From contig NC_043005.1 in NCBI RefSeq assembly GCF_006345805.1, positions 16,492,001 through 16,556,000 of the forward strand: a DNA stretch of 64,000 bases. The letters are read 5' to 3'. This stretch comes from Octopus sinensis. Lineage: Eukaryota. The notes beneath the pieces were generated by a model. That model was not told the DNA's origin. It worked only from the letters and a program-made list of their open reading frames with translations, and made no database searches. Positions 1-12,960 of this stretch are shown piece after piece. The position numbers and the translations under genes are program-made. How positions within the stretch are numbered: the stretch's first letter is position 1; every line of letters begins with the position of its first letter.

Positions 1-78
1 GCTCGACTAAAGGCAGTGCTCCAGCATGGCTGCAGTCAAACGACTGAAACAAGTGAAAGAGAGTGAAAGTGAAAGAGA

Positions 79-106
<28 letters not shown>

Positions 107-112
<6 letters not shown>

Positions 113-334
113 TGTTGTGTCTAGGGAGAGTCATTCTGTTTTGGTGCCTTATAATTTAACACACTCACCGGAAAAAATTTCCACTTATTTCTTATTTTTA
201 TTTTCCTAAAATTTTTGTTGCGTCTTGCAACCTTTTCAATAGAAAAATAAGGAATAAGTGGAAATTTTACCGGTGAGTGTGTTAAATTATAAGGCACAAA
301 AAGAAAATGACTCTCCTCAGACACAACAGAATAT
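107..334. repeat. Foldback inverted repeat, probably a Penelope-like retroelement remnant
   Basis: Arms about 107-199 and 243-334 are reverse complements with a few mismatches, around a 43-bp spacer. One arm plus the spacer recurs at about 52348-52468. Confidence 0.8.
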
Positions 335-427
335 GCTTCAACACACGAACTCACATAAAGAATCTTGCAAACCAAATCCAAAATAGAAATATATATATAT
401 ATATATAATATATATATATATATATAA

Positions 428-790
428 TAATAATAATTGTGTACAGTGCTCAGGTGCACTACAACTCATCTAAAGTGTATATATAATCAGGTGTAGTTTC
501 GACGCATTTCGGGAAGCATGAGGGCCTTAAAGGATGCAGTGTCATGGCAGTCAACAACTGATGCAGGCAGTTTATTCCACGCTTCAGCAACCCTGAGCGT
601 GAAAAAATGTTTCCGAAAGTCATGGGAGCTGTGCTGTTTTCTGACTTTGTAGGCATGTCCACGTGTGTTAGACACATGGAGATCAAAAAGGTGTTCAGTG
701 TTGTTGTTGGTGAGGTGGTTGATAACCTTGTGGGTGTTTACCAAGTCCGTCGCCAGACGCCGGAGCTTCAGTGAATCCATGCCCAGGGAA
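428..790 (-). mobile_element. CR1/L2-type LINE 3' fragment (ORF2 C-terminus plus terminal motif)
   Basis: ORF 487..780 has RGHAYK...RKHFFTLRVAEAWNKLPASVV, typical of the CR1-group ORF2 end. It terminates in gtgcacctgagcactgtacacaat(tat)n. Confidence 0.85.
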
Positions 791-976
791 ACAAGGCGCT
801 CAGAATATGGTAGGTGTCTGATGGAGGGTATGCGAGAGAGAGAGAGAAATATATATATATAAAGGGGTTTGTATGATTGTGTATAGAGGGATATATATTA
901 TTCAAAGAAATTTCAACTCTGTCTGTTTTTTATGTTTTATTTATATTCTTTATAATATTAATGTAGAATATAGAAT

Positions 977-1380
977 ACTAGCAGTATCGCCCGGCGTTGC
1001 TCGGGTTTGTAAGGGAAATAACTATATAAGCCTTTTTAGAGAGGTAAAGTATAATAGCCATCTCAATATGGCTAACCACAAAGGGGTGGGGTGTTACTGT
1101 AGCTTTTTACGTTCTGAGATTTAATAATACATTTTAGAGAGTTACTTCCCGTATATAATAGCCAAAAAATGCATTAAAAATGGGAAACAAATGATTGTAA
1201 ATTTTTTTTAAAGTCGTAGATTCATCATAGACACGCACTAATACCCAGAAGGGCTTGATATGAATCACGACTATAAGATACCCGGTTTTGGTTAAACTGC
1301 ACCGCAAAATGTGGGAGTAGTTAGGAATCTAAATCGTAGGAGACAGACAGCACACAACCTCTCTTTTATATATAAAGATA
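977..1380 (+). mobile_element. Helitron/Helentron-like non-autonomous element
   Basis: Starts actagcagtatcgcccggcgttgctcggg (GC hairpin) and ends ttttatatataaagat. Homologous to 37191-37700. Confidence 0.55.
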
Positions 1381-1554
1381 TAGTACAAATAATATAAATA
1401 GTGTAAAATGAAATAAAGTATTGATTGTCTTATTGAATAGATTGAAATGTTGAATATTTTACACTATATATATTATTTATACTATATATTCTATATTCTA
1501 CTTTAATATAATAAAAGAATATAAATAAAATATAAAAAACAGAGTTGGAATTTC

Positions 1555-1595
<41 letters not shown>

Positions 1596-1773
1596 TATAT
1601 ATAATTAATAAGGTAGTCAGAATGTTGGATGATTATATATATATTTTTATTTACATTTTATTTACATTTTTAGGACTTTCTTCCATTTTACATATATATA
1701 CATATATATATATACACACACACACGTATATATACATATATATATACACACACACATATATATATACATATAT

Positions 1774-1851
<78 letters not shown>

Positions 1852-1870
1852 TCAGAATTCATTAACTAAC

Positions 1871-2020
1871 CTTTGCTAACACTTTCCACTGGTTCAACAA
1901 TAAGCTGGGCACAGTGCCTTACTTCTCCAACAAGGTTTCGTCCAACAACACAGTATTCCGCATCATCATCGAGAGTTGCATTGTCTATTGACAAACTGTA
2001 ATCTCGGTTCCCAAATTTCT
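1871..2020 (-). CDS. Exon 9 of the visible gene: C-terminal half of I-set Ig domain 2
   Basis: Acceptor tctttttgcag|AG, donor AAAG|GTTAGT; 150 nt, phase 1-1. Translates (E)[49 protein letters not shown], matching the Ig E-F-G strand pattern. Not in the ORF track in this frame. Confidence 0.92.
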
Positions 2021-3078
2021 CTGCAAAAAGAAGACCAAGCATCAAAAGTTAACTTATTCATCCTCCTCATCATCATGATCATCATCATCATCTTTAACAT
2101 TTTAACATCGTCTTTTCTCAGCTTGCAAGAGTCAAACAAAATATTCATTAAGGTAGAAATTTTCTACAACTGGGTACTCTTCCAGTCACTAACCCTAACT
2201 TGCTTTCAAGCAAGGTAATATTTCTTTATGACCAGACATGTTCTCATGGAAGACTAGAAATGAATGCTGCTGCTTGTATGAGAGTGACACTTATTTTACA
2301 ACTATCATGCAATATCAAGATGAAGGAGCACACAAACACACACACACACACACATACACACACATGTATATAGTCCACAGATAAGATCCAGAGATTCTCC
2401 ATATAGACAACACTTATTAGTGCTCAAAGGATGCAAACTTAGGCTCCGATGTGTTTACAGGGAAATGATTCCACCAGGTAAAGAAAGGCAATAAGAGGGC
2501 TCAAGTTGAGCAGGTTTCCAGGCAATTATGTGAGGTAAACAAATTAGACACATTTACATATTTTGTATTTCATACCCAAACTGTTATATTTTATATATTT
2601 GATTTGTTTAATTTGTTTATCTGCATAATTGCCTCCACACACATATGTGTATATAAAACAGTATATAGAAACAACCGCATGAAAGCTTATCACATGTGTG
2701 TGTGTGTGTGAGTATCATCATCATCATTTTACTATCCACTTTCCTATGCTTGGATGGCTCAGATGAAATTTGTTGAGACAGATTTTTTTCTCTGACTGGG
2801 TGCTCTTCCTGTTGCCAACTTTCACTTGTTTCCAAGTAAGGCAATATCACTGACCTCCATCCAGTTCCTGGCCAAACAGGTTTCCATGGAATGGTGGAAA
2901 CGAACAAGCAAACGTTTGAGCAATGGTTATGCTCATTTACAACTAACATATGAGGTCAACACAAGGATACACAAACACACACACACACGCACGCACACGC
3001 AAAGGGTTTCTTTTAGTTTCCATCTATCAAATGCAGTCCCAAGGTTCTAGTACAATAGAGTCGAAGCCACTTGCTTAA

Positions 3079-3299
3079 CCCTTTCGTGACCAACCTGCCT
3101 GAAACCGGCTCTGGCTCTTTAGTACAAATGTCTTGTTTTCATCAGTTTTGAATTAAAATCTTCCACCAAATCTTATTCACAATTTATGTTCCTAACACTA
3201 GCTTAATGATAACGATGTTATTTTACTAAATTCTTTGTTATATTTAAAATAATTGGAAGGAACACAGAGCATCTCAAAATAAATACAGTAATGAAAGGG
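3079..3299. mobile_element. piggyBac-type MITE
   Basis: TTAA|CCCTTTC...GAAAGGG|TTAA, i.e. a TTAA target duplication and short TIRs. A partial second copy lies at about 54745-54935. Confidence 0.75.
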
Positions 3300-3335
3300 T
3301 TAAGGTGCCATGGAGTAGACATTAAAACAATGATG

Positions 3336-3408
<73 letters not shown>

Positions 3409-5029
3409 ATATGTCTCACTTGGTCTTGGTATTGCATGACATGTGTAAACAAGCATCATCAGCATACAAGCAGTGTCATTTGCTCCCAAACATCTGTGCA
3501 GACATGTCAAGCAATGGTAAAGGTATCACCCTGCTTGGAAACAAGCAAAGAGTGGTGACAGAAAGGACATCCAACCACAGAAAATATGTCTCAACAAATT
3601 CCAGCTGATGCATGCAAGCATGGAAAAGTGGACTTCAAAAATAATAATGATGTGTGTGTCTGTACACGCAAATAAGAATTTAAACAAATTCTAAAAAAAA
3701 AATCCGTGGTCTTTTATCTGAGGCAGCTTTTCAACATTTGATAACAATACTAAATCAACAACAATATGTCCAGCTAGAAAGGTGTTAATCAAAATATAAA
3801 ATAAATGGAAAAAAAAATTCCCACATTACCAAAGGTATGGAAGAAATCCCCTAAAAATAATTACCTGGGCTATCGGTTTTGGTGATACATTAATGGCACA
3901 AAACCCCTTCAGTTAGTTTTCTAGAATTTTTACAATCAATCTGAGGCAAGAATTGAAAATACACAACTGACCATGCTAAATGCCATCACACTATTGTGTC
4001 ACATGTACAGTTCCTGTGTCAGCTACTTTAAATGTATTAAGTTTTGCTTTGGTTTTTTGTTAGCAGAATTCTCTAAGGATTATGTGCTTGAAAAGTACAT
4101 AAACTTTAATTAGGAAGTAAAAAGTAATTAAAGGAGTGTAAATATAGGGATTTAAACATGTTTCAGTGACATGAAAAGCAATGCACAATCATTTATCTGA
4201 AGTAGCTTTTCAACATTGAATAATAAGCAAATAAAACTAGGAAACTTAGAGCACAGACAATAGGGTCAGTTTGTAAAGAAAGTATTGAACAGACTACAAA
4301 ATTCCCACAAACATATGATGAAAATGCCTACAATTACCAGGACTACATAAATACATATATATATATATATAATATATATATATATACATAAATACATATA
4401 TATATATATAATATACATAAATACATAAATATAAATATATATATATACATAATACATATATATATATATATATCTATATATACATAAATATATATATATA
4501 CATATATACATAAATACATAAATATATATATATATGTGTGTGTGTGTGTATATATATATATGTGTGTATATATATATCCTTAGTTATGTGTCTATGGCAC
4601 ACACACAGACACACATACACACACATTCCAATAAGTAGTTTGGATTCATCAAAATATGTTAAACATATTCAAACACATTTCAAGTAGCAATTTGAAAGTG
4701 TATTTCAGAGGTGGGAGGAGGAGAAAGAGAGAGAAGGAAAAAAAGAAAGAAAGAAAGAAAGAGAGAAAGAAGGAAGGAAAGAGAGCACAAGTTCAGCAAG
4801 ATAATTGCTGTATGATTATTTTGATTATAATTACAATCAAAACAACAATGTTGACAATTAGTCATGTGATTTATCCTCTCCCTCCTCGTTAGCATTAACT
4901 AAATGTACCAATATCATAGTAGTAATGGTTTCATGGCAAACATGACGACTGTCTCTGATGAATATTTTCACTGCTGTGGAATTTGAACTTGATATTTGTA
5001 TCCCTACATTTCATTTCCTTTTATTCTTC

Positions 5030-5398
5030 TGCTTGTTTCAGTCATTTGATTGTGGCCATACTGGAGCACCACCTTAAAGGATTTTAGTCGAAGAAATCGA
5101 CCCCAGAACTTATTCTGTTGGTCTGTTTTGCCAAACTGCAAAGTTACAGGGACATAAACACACTAGCATCGGTTGTCAAGTGATGATGGGTGGCAGGGAC
5201 AAACATACACACACACACACATAAGTACACACACACATACAATGGGCTTCTTTCAGTTTCCGTCCACTAAATCCACTCACAAGGCTTTTGTTGGCCCGAG
5301 GCTGAAGAAGAAGACACTTGCCCAACGTGCCAAACAGTGGGACTGAACCCAGAGCCATGTGGTTGAGAAGCAAGCTTCTTACCACACAGCCACACCTA
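5030..5398 (-). mobile_element. SINE family A (tRNA-derived, internal microsatellite)
   Basis: Matches the family consensus ggagtggctgtgtggtaag...gggttcagtccc...(TA/TG)n...ggtgctccagcatggcc...tgaaacaag. About 20 full or partial copies occur in the window. Confidence 0.85.
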
Positions 5399-5827
5399 TG
5401 CCTTTGTCCAATATTTCAGCATTCTCTAATACATTTTCTTCTTCCACATTTATTGTGTTTAATATTTCAAATTTCTAAGATGGCAATCTGCCTGAATCGT
5501 TAGCACACCGGGCAAAATGCTTAGCGGCATTTTTTCCATCTTTACATTCAGTGTTCAAATTCCACCAAGGCTGACTTTGTGTTTCATACATTTGGGGGTC
5601 AATAAATCAAGTACAAGTTGACTACTGGGGTCCATATAACCAACTTACCATCTCCCCTGAATTTGCTGGGCTTGTGCCAAAATTTCAGACCTATAATTAA
5701 AATTTTTCATATGCTCTCAACTAAGTTTAGGTCATTTAATATATCTGATCCTCCTCTCTATGCATTTAATTTTACCCTTTAGCATTTAAACTAGTGAAAT
5801 CCGGCCCAAATATTCTACTGGTCGTAT

Positions 5828-6110
5828 CTGGGGAGACACATGGCCTAGTGGTTAGAGCAGCGGACTCACAGCCGAGGGATCACGGTTTCGAATCTCAGAC
5901 CGGGCGATGTGAGTGTTTATGAGCGAAACACCTAAGCTCCACACGGCTCTGGCAGAAGGTAATGGCAAACTTCTACCGACTCTTTGCTCCTGCATTTTGC
6001 AGCTCACCTGCAATCTACCGATGTCCCGTTCAGGTGGGGAACCTATACGCCAAGGAAACCGGGAAACCGGCCCTTATGAGCCAGGCATGGCTCAAGAAGG
6101 AACAAACAAC
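5828..6110 (+). mobile_element. SINE family D (tRNA-Arg-like head)
   Basis: Contains tggcctagtgg (A box) and ggtttcgaatc (B-box-like); homologous to 9520-9935 and 62282-62470. Confidence 0.7.
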
Positions 6111-6443
6111 TAGTCATATCTAGCTTCTCACACCTAACTTACATTGACATTCTAAAAATAAACAATCACATCATTGAAACCCAAAAGCTATGAGATAACA
6201 CATTATTAATTCAAAACAATTTGAATTAAAAAAAAAGTATTATATTTAACAGTAATCTGAATACTGAAGGATTAAATTGTTTAATATTCATATTTTCTCT
6301 AAAATTTCTCTCTATCAATCTCCATGTAAAAATATGGGGAAGATCCCTATATTATACAAACAAAAGTAAACAACCCACATTTAAATATAGTAAACATCTA
6401 CTGTTATATACATGCCATATATATCATCATTACCATTACCATA

Positions 6444-6745
6444 TAGGCGTAGGAGTGGCTGTGTGGTAAGTAGCTTGCTTACGAACCACATGGTTCCGGG
6501 TTCAGTCCCACTGCACGGCACTTTTGGCAAGTGTCTTCCACTATAGCCTCAGGCCAACCAAAGCCTTGTGAGTGGATTTGGTAGACAGAAACTGAAAGAA
6601 GCCCGTCGTGTGTGTGTGCGTGTGTGTTTGTGTGTCTGTGTTTGTCCCTCCAAAATCGCTTGACAACTGATGCCCATGTGTTTATGTACCCGTAACATAG
6701 CGGTTTGGCAAAAGAGACTGATAGAATAAGTACTAGGCTTACAAA
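6444..6745 (+). mobile_element. SINE family A, 3'-truncated
   Basis: Full head taggcgtaggagtggctgtgtgg and body up to gaataagt. Confidence 0.85.
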
Positions 6746-7218
6746 GAATAAGTCTGCTTTGGCATGCTTTCTACATTTGGATGTCCTTCCTAATGCCAGC
6801 CACTTTACAAAGTGTACTGGGTGCTTTTTTGGGGGGGGTTATAGTGAGGTCATGAAGGAACTCACAAGTCAAGGGCCCTGAAATGAGTGGAGTATAATAA
6901 TGAAAGATATGTAAAGTTGATAGGGGAGCAGGGATAGATGTCTTGCTGAAGAGGAGGTTCATGGTTTCCCCAGCTAGAAAGCAGTGTGAGGGTGGGTGAG
7001 AGAGAGGGAGAGATGGTGACAAAATAACTTCAAGGTACAAGGTGAATAAAAGCAAGAGAATTGGGAAAAAGGGGACAGAATGGATGGGTGGTAGGTAGGT
7101 AAATTTGCAAGAGTGTGAAAGGAGTGCAACTGATGATGAGAGATGGAGACTGAGGTGGGCACAACAAATATCAGTTTGGGGAAGGAGAAAGAAATGGGAG
7201 CAGGTTAGGAAAGGACAG

Positions 7219-7565
7219 TATGTATGTATGTATGTATGTATGTATGTGTGTGTGTGTGTGTATATGTATGTATGTATGTATGTGTGTGTATGTGTGTATG
7301 TATGTGTGTGTGTGTGTATGTATGTATGTATGAATGTATGTATGTATGTATATGTGTGTATGAATGTATGTATGTGTGTGTATTGTATGTATGTATGTGT
7401 GTGTGTGTGTGTATGTGTGTGTATGTATGTACGTATGTGTGTATGTCTGTGTGTGTGTATATGTATGTATGTGCGTATGTATGTGTGTGTATGTATGTAT
7501 ATGTGTGTATGTATGTAAGTATTGTAAGTATGTATGTATGTATCATGTATGTCTGTATGTATGTA
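7219..7565. repeat. Compound (TATG)n/(TG)n microsatellite
   Basis: Visible directly; explains the stop-free ORFs at 7105-7579. Confidence 0.95.
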
Positions 7566-7815
7566 TAGGTAAGGGATAAGAATATCCGTTCTTACTACCG
7601 TTATTATTTAGCTATGCTATCCCTGGGCATGGGTATGCAGGCAACACTATGCTCATAGGTTATAGGTAAAAAAACTAAATAAATAAAAGTTTATCAGGAA
7701 TCAAATTTAAAATAAGCAGAAAAGGGAGAAAACTTTATTTATATATATATTTATATATATATATATATATATCCTTTTTCTCTCCTTTTTTTCTCTCCTT
7801 GTTTTTTCTGTGTAC

Positions 7816-7851
7816 CTTTCTGTAGAAGAGCGTAGGCTCAAAATGTAAAAG
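7816..7851 (+). ncRNA. Degenerate minimal hammerhead ribozyme motif
   Basis: CTTT-CTGTAGA-A-GAGC(GTAG)GCTC-AAAAT-GTA-AAAG. Stems I and II pair; the core differs from CUGANGA and GAAAC at three positions. Confidence 0.45.
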
Positions 7852-7956
7852 ACTTTTTCTATTCCTGAGCACTATACTAATACATCTGGTTTTTGTTTTG
7901 TACACCACCTGTTTTCAGTATTTTGTTTATTTTCGTAAACTTTTCCTTATATATAT

Positions 7957-8003
<47 letters not shown>

Positions 8004-8426
8004 CGTACATAGCATAAAGAATTCTCTTGTGCCAGTGTCCTGACTTGCAAATTGAATAGACCATGTGCTCAGAGCCTGAGACAAAAGGAGTGTTTTAAGA
8101 ACTTGCTTAGACCCATGACTCCAGAGCAAGAAACTATTAGCAGCTCAAATGTTTATATTGTGTACATTAAATGATATTTATCTCTCACTGGATGGAATGT
8201 GTGCGTGCATGTGTGAGCATGCGTGTGTGTGTGTGATATTTTAAATGGTTACAGATTTTTCTAGGGCTTGATGCTCTTCCTGTAGCCAATCCTAATCTGT
8301 TTCTAGGTAAGGTTACATTATTTCCCTATGACTCCACACACTTCCATGGAAAATTGATGGATGCCACTTGCAAGATGGTGACGCTTGTTTATAACTATTA
8401 TGTAATGTCAAGGCAAGGGAGTCAGG

Positions 8427-8553
8427 GACATTTACCCCCAATGGACAATAACATACACCCCACAAGAACAATTACCCCTGAGGACAACACATGATGATTT
8501 AATACTTCTTAATACATTGGAGAGGGGGTAATTAACCAAGTGGGTTAATTATC
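8427..8553. mobile_element. Short MITE with MULE-like termini
   Basis: ggacatttacccc...gggttaattatcc imperfect TIRs, with an internal acaattacccc repeat. Confidence 0.5.
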
Positions 8554-8583
8554 CTGATACAAGGCAAGGCAACAGTAACACAC

Positions 8584-8625
<42 letters not shown>

Positions 8626-8659
8626 ATGTGTGTAAGTATGTATATACTTTTCTACTTTA

Positions 8660-8860
8660 AGTACAAGGCCTGAAATTTGGGGGGAGGGGGCCAGTCGATT
8701 AGATTGACCTCAGTACGCAACTGGTACTTAATTTATCGACCCCCAAAAGGATGAAAAGCAAAGTTGACCTCGGTGGAATTTGAACTCAGAACGTAAGGAC
8801 AGATGAAATACCACTAAGCATTTTGCTCGGCATGCTAACATTTCTGTCAGCTCAACGCCC
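8660..8860 (-). mobile_element. SINE family B
   Basis: Reverse complement of gagctggcagaa...gagttcaaattcc...gactttgcctttcatcc...aagtaccagtt. About 18 copies occur in the window. Confidence 0.8.
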
Positions 8861-8862
8861 TG

Positions 8863-8898
<36 letters not shown>

Positions 8899-9252
8899 AT
8901 ATATGGATATATATATATGGATTGGTTAAAATTCGAAAAATTAAACTACGTTAAACAAACGAATTACAAATTTATCAAAAAAGCCAAGTGAAAATAATGT
9001 TTTCTTTTGACACATTCTACCAGGTTATCAAAAGGAAAAGATCCATATATATATATATATATTTGTATATATGTATATATACACACACACATTACATATC
9101 ATGGGCTTCTTTCTGTTTCTGTCTACAAAATCCACTCACAAACCTTTGGTCGCCCTGGAGCTATAGAAGACACTTGCCCAAGGTGTCGTGCAATGGAACT
9201 GAACCCAAAACCATATGATTAGGAAACAAACTTCTTTTGATCACCAACCATA

Positions 9253-9293
<41 letters not shown>

Positions 9294-9519
9294 CAGAAAG
9301 AAAAATCTTTGAGAGGAAATTTTGCAAAACATGACATCTTGTCTATCCTATTTCTCAAAGCTCTCAAGCACAAACACTTACACACACACACACACACACA
9401 TCTATACCTATCCCCCTACTGCCCTTTCATGCCCACACTACTACTACTACTACTACTACTACTGTTACTACTACTACTGTTACTACTACTACTACTGTTA
9501 CTACTACTACTACTGTTAC

Positions 9520-9935
9520 TACTACTACTGGATGGATGGAAGCACTCCGTCGGTTACGATGACGAGGGTTCTGGTTGATCCGAATCAACGGAACAGCCTG
9601 CTTGTGAAATTAACGTGTAAGTGGCTGAGCACTCCACAGACACGTGCACCCTTAACGTAGTTCTCGGGGATATTCACCCATGACACAGAGAGTAACAAGG
9701 CCGGCCCTTTGAAATACAGGTACAACAGAAACAGGAAGTAAGAGTGGAGTGAGAGAAAGTTGAGGCGAAAGAGTATAAACAGGAGTCGCCTCCCCCCCCC
9801 CCCCTGCAGGAGCCTCGTGGAGCTTTTAGGTGTTTTCGCTCAATAAACACACACAACGCCCGGTCTGGGAATCGAAACCGCGATCCTTCGACCGTGAGAC
9901 CGCTGCCCTAACCACTGGGCCATTGCGCTTCCACT
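9520..9935 (-). mobile_element. SINE family D, near full length, (AGT)n tail
   Basis: Minus-strand head tggcccagtggttagggcagcgg...ggtttcgattccc; the tail runs into the (TAC)n array at 9437-9528. Confidence 0.8.
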
Positions 9936-10129
9936 CTACTACTACTACTACTACTAGCGTCACAGAACCTGTGGCCAGTCATTTGTCCCAATACATCAGT
10001 CCTTCAGCTTACATGACCCACTCCTAAAATGTTCAATTAACCTGTTTTTAATGAATTCAAATTAAAACACCAACTACATTAAGCTGGAATTAAAAATGAG
10101 AGGAGGAGGAGAAAGAGGGAGACAAGATA

Positions 10130-10870
10130 GGTGTGTGTGTGTGTGTGCGTGTGCGTGTGTGTGTGCATGAATGAATAAGGGTATGACTATATCTATGTGT
10201 GTGTATAAATGTCTGTGTGTGCATGCATGTGTGCATGCATGTGTGCGTGTATGAATGTATAAGTGTATGACTGCATGTGTGTGTGCGTGTCTGTACGAAT
10301 GTATAACTGTATGTATATGTCTATGTGTGTGTATGCAAGTGTATGGTATGCATGTATGTGTGTGTGTGTGTATGAATGTATAAGTGTATGAATATCTGTG
10401 TGTGTGTGAATGTGTGTGTATGTATGCATGTACGTGTATGCATGTATGTGTGTGTGTATGAATGTATAAGTATATGATTATGTATGTGTTTGTATGTGTA
10501 CGAATGTATAAGTGTATGAATATCTGTGTGTGTGTGAATGCGTGTGTATGTAAGCATGTGCGTGTATACATGTATGTGTGTGTGTATGAATGTATAAGTA
10601 TATAATTATGTATGTGTGTGTACGAATATATAAGTGTATGAATATCTGTGTGTGTGAATATGTGTGTATGTATGCATGTGCGTGTATGCATGTATGTGTG
10701 TGTGTATGAATGTATAAGTATATGATTATGTATGTGTGTGTGTGTGTGTACGAATGTATAACTGTATGAATATCTGTGTGTGTATGAATGTGTGTGTATG
10801 TATGCATGGGTGTGTATGCATGTATGTGTGTGAACGTGTTTGTGCATTCATGTATGTATACACACCTGTG
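10130..10870. repeat. Higher-order repeat (about 123-129 bp period) built from TG/TA microsatellite
   Basis: The motif tatgaatatctgtgtg recurs at about 10387, 10514, 10637 and 10766. Confidence 0.85.
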
Positions 10871-11452
10871 TGTGTATGTACATAATAGGTAACTGTGAAA
10901 AGAAGTAACAAAATATATAGAAAGTATATACATACAAACAGGTAAGACAGAATAAGAGAAAGAGGTATGTGTGAGTGAGAGAGAGAGAGAGAGAGAAAGG
11001 GAGATAGTGGGAGTGTTGTATGTCTACCTGTAAATTTACCTGTATGCCTACCTGTATGTCTACCTGTCTGTCTTAATCAAATTTCCTATAACAAGTCTGT
11101 CCTAATTTCTTTTAAACAGGTTTGACAGAAAATAAGACGAGAATGTTTTGGCATTTGTTGAACATCAGAACACATCGTAAATATATATATGCGTATATAT
11201 ATACCCACAAACACACACACACACACACACACACACCTACTAGTGTCATAAAATACAAGTACTTCATAAATACACAACTACTATAGTGAATCAGAGAGAA
11301 CCCCACATATACCTCTAATACATCTATATTAGACATGCACACTAGATATATATGTGTATGTGTATATATATATATGTGAGTATGTATATATATATATATG
11401 TGTGTATGTGTATATACATATATATGTGTATGTGTATATACATATATATGTG

Positions 11453-11491
<39 letters not shown>

Positions 11492-11686
11492 TATATAAAT
11501 ACATATATACATATATATACATATATATATACATATATATACATATATAAATACATATATATACATATATACACATTTATATACATATATATATACACAC
11601 ACACATCATGTATACAATGTACATATTTAACACACACACATAATACATATATTCACAAATACAGAACATGTGTATGTATGTATGTA

Positions 11687-11732
<46 letters not shown>

Positions 11733-11921
11733 TACATGTATATATATATATCATAAACACAACATACAAACACACAAGATAACTGCCACACATACATATA
11801 CATATCATACACACACACACACACAAACAAACAAATCATACACACACACTCTTAAAAATATACTCAAATACACACACATACACGCATGTATGACAGTGAT
11901 GGTTATGAGTTCAATACTTAC

Positions 11922-12092
11922 CCAACTTCAAGTTACCCGACGCCTTCAGAATCTTGCCATCTTTGTACCATGTGATGCGTGGTGGAGGATATCCTTTGAC
12001 CTTACACCGAAACCTAACCAACTGACCTGGCCTCACCTCGATGTCATCAAATTTCTTCAGCAGTTCTGGAATTTTCATTGGCTGGGTGTTTT
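11922..12092 (-). CDS. Exon 8: N-terminal half of I-set Ig domain 2
   Basis: Acceptor cctgtttcag|AA, donor TTGG|GTAAGT; 171 nt, phase 1-1. Translates (K)NTQPMKIPELLKKFDDIEVRPGQLVRFRCKVKGYPPPRITWYKDGKILKASGNLKL, with the I-set motif CxVxGxPxPxITWYKDG. Confidence 0.95.
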
Positions 12093-12131
12093 CTGAAACA
12101 GGACAACATCATTCAAGCATTACTACAACTA

Positions 12132-12176
<45 letters not shown>

Positions 12177-12304
12177 GTTGATAATACTACTAATAATAGC
12201 TCTAATACTACCAGTATTATGACTAACACTACAACTGCTATTGATAATAATAGTGTTATTTTTCTTAACTGCTCCTGCTGATACTTTTTCTCACAAACAC
12301 TGCA

Positions 12305-12306
12305 AT

Positions 12307-12347
<41 letters not shown>

Positions 12348-12960
12348 GTGTTACTACTACTACTACTACTACTAGTGTTACTACTACTACTACTACTAGT
12401 GTTACTACTACTACTACTACTAGTGTTACTACTACTACTACTACTAGTGTTACTACAAATACTAAATAAGCAAATGAGGGAACCTCCGCAGGTTTGTTAG
12501 ATCTGCTGAGAAAAAGGGTGTCAAATGTGGTAAAAGATGTCCTGTACTTGAGTAAAATAGATGGGATCATTACAGCCGGAATGTCCTTGATCATAGGTCT
12601 GCTCAGTGAGAAGAGACTGACCGAGGGCTAAACAGCAACAACTACTATTTTTTACATAACAACTGCTCCTACTGCTTTTGCATATACAACACCTACTACT
12701 GTCACTATTTTGTTCTCATAACTACTACTACTACTACTACTACAACTATTACTTGTACTGCCACTACTACTGTTACTATTACTACTACTACTATTACTTG
12801 TACTGCCACTACTACTGTTACTATTACTACTACTATTACTTGTACTGCCACCACTACTGTTACTACTACTACCACTACTACTGTTATTACTTGTACTGCC
12901 ACTACTACTGCTGATGTTATTACAACTACTACTACAAAAACTGCCACTGCTGCTGCTACA
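12305..12960. repeat. (TAC)n-derived trinucleotide arrays with higher-order units
   Basis: (TAC)nTAGTGT units at 12305-12455, and about 45-bp units tacttgtactgccactactactgttactat at 12750-12910. Confidence 0.85.

Noticed and set aside
7105-12096. Many YI/HT/VC-rich ORFs in the track (also at 1556-1879, 4266-4511 and elsewhere)
   Set aside because: These are translations of (TA)n, (CA)n and (TATG)n microsatellites.
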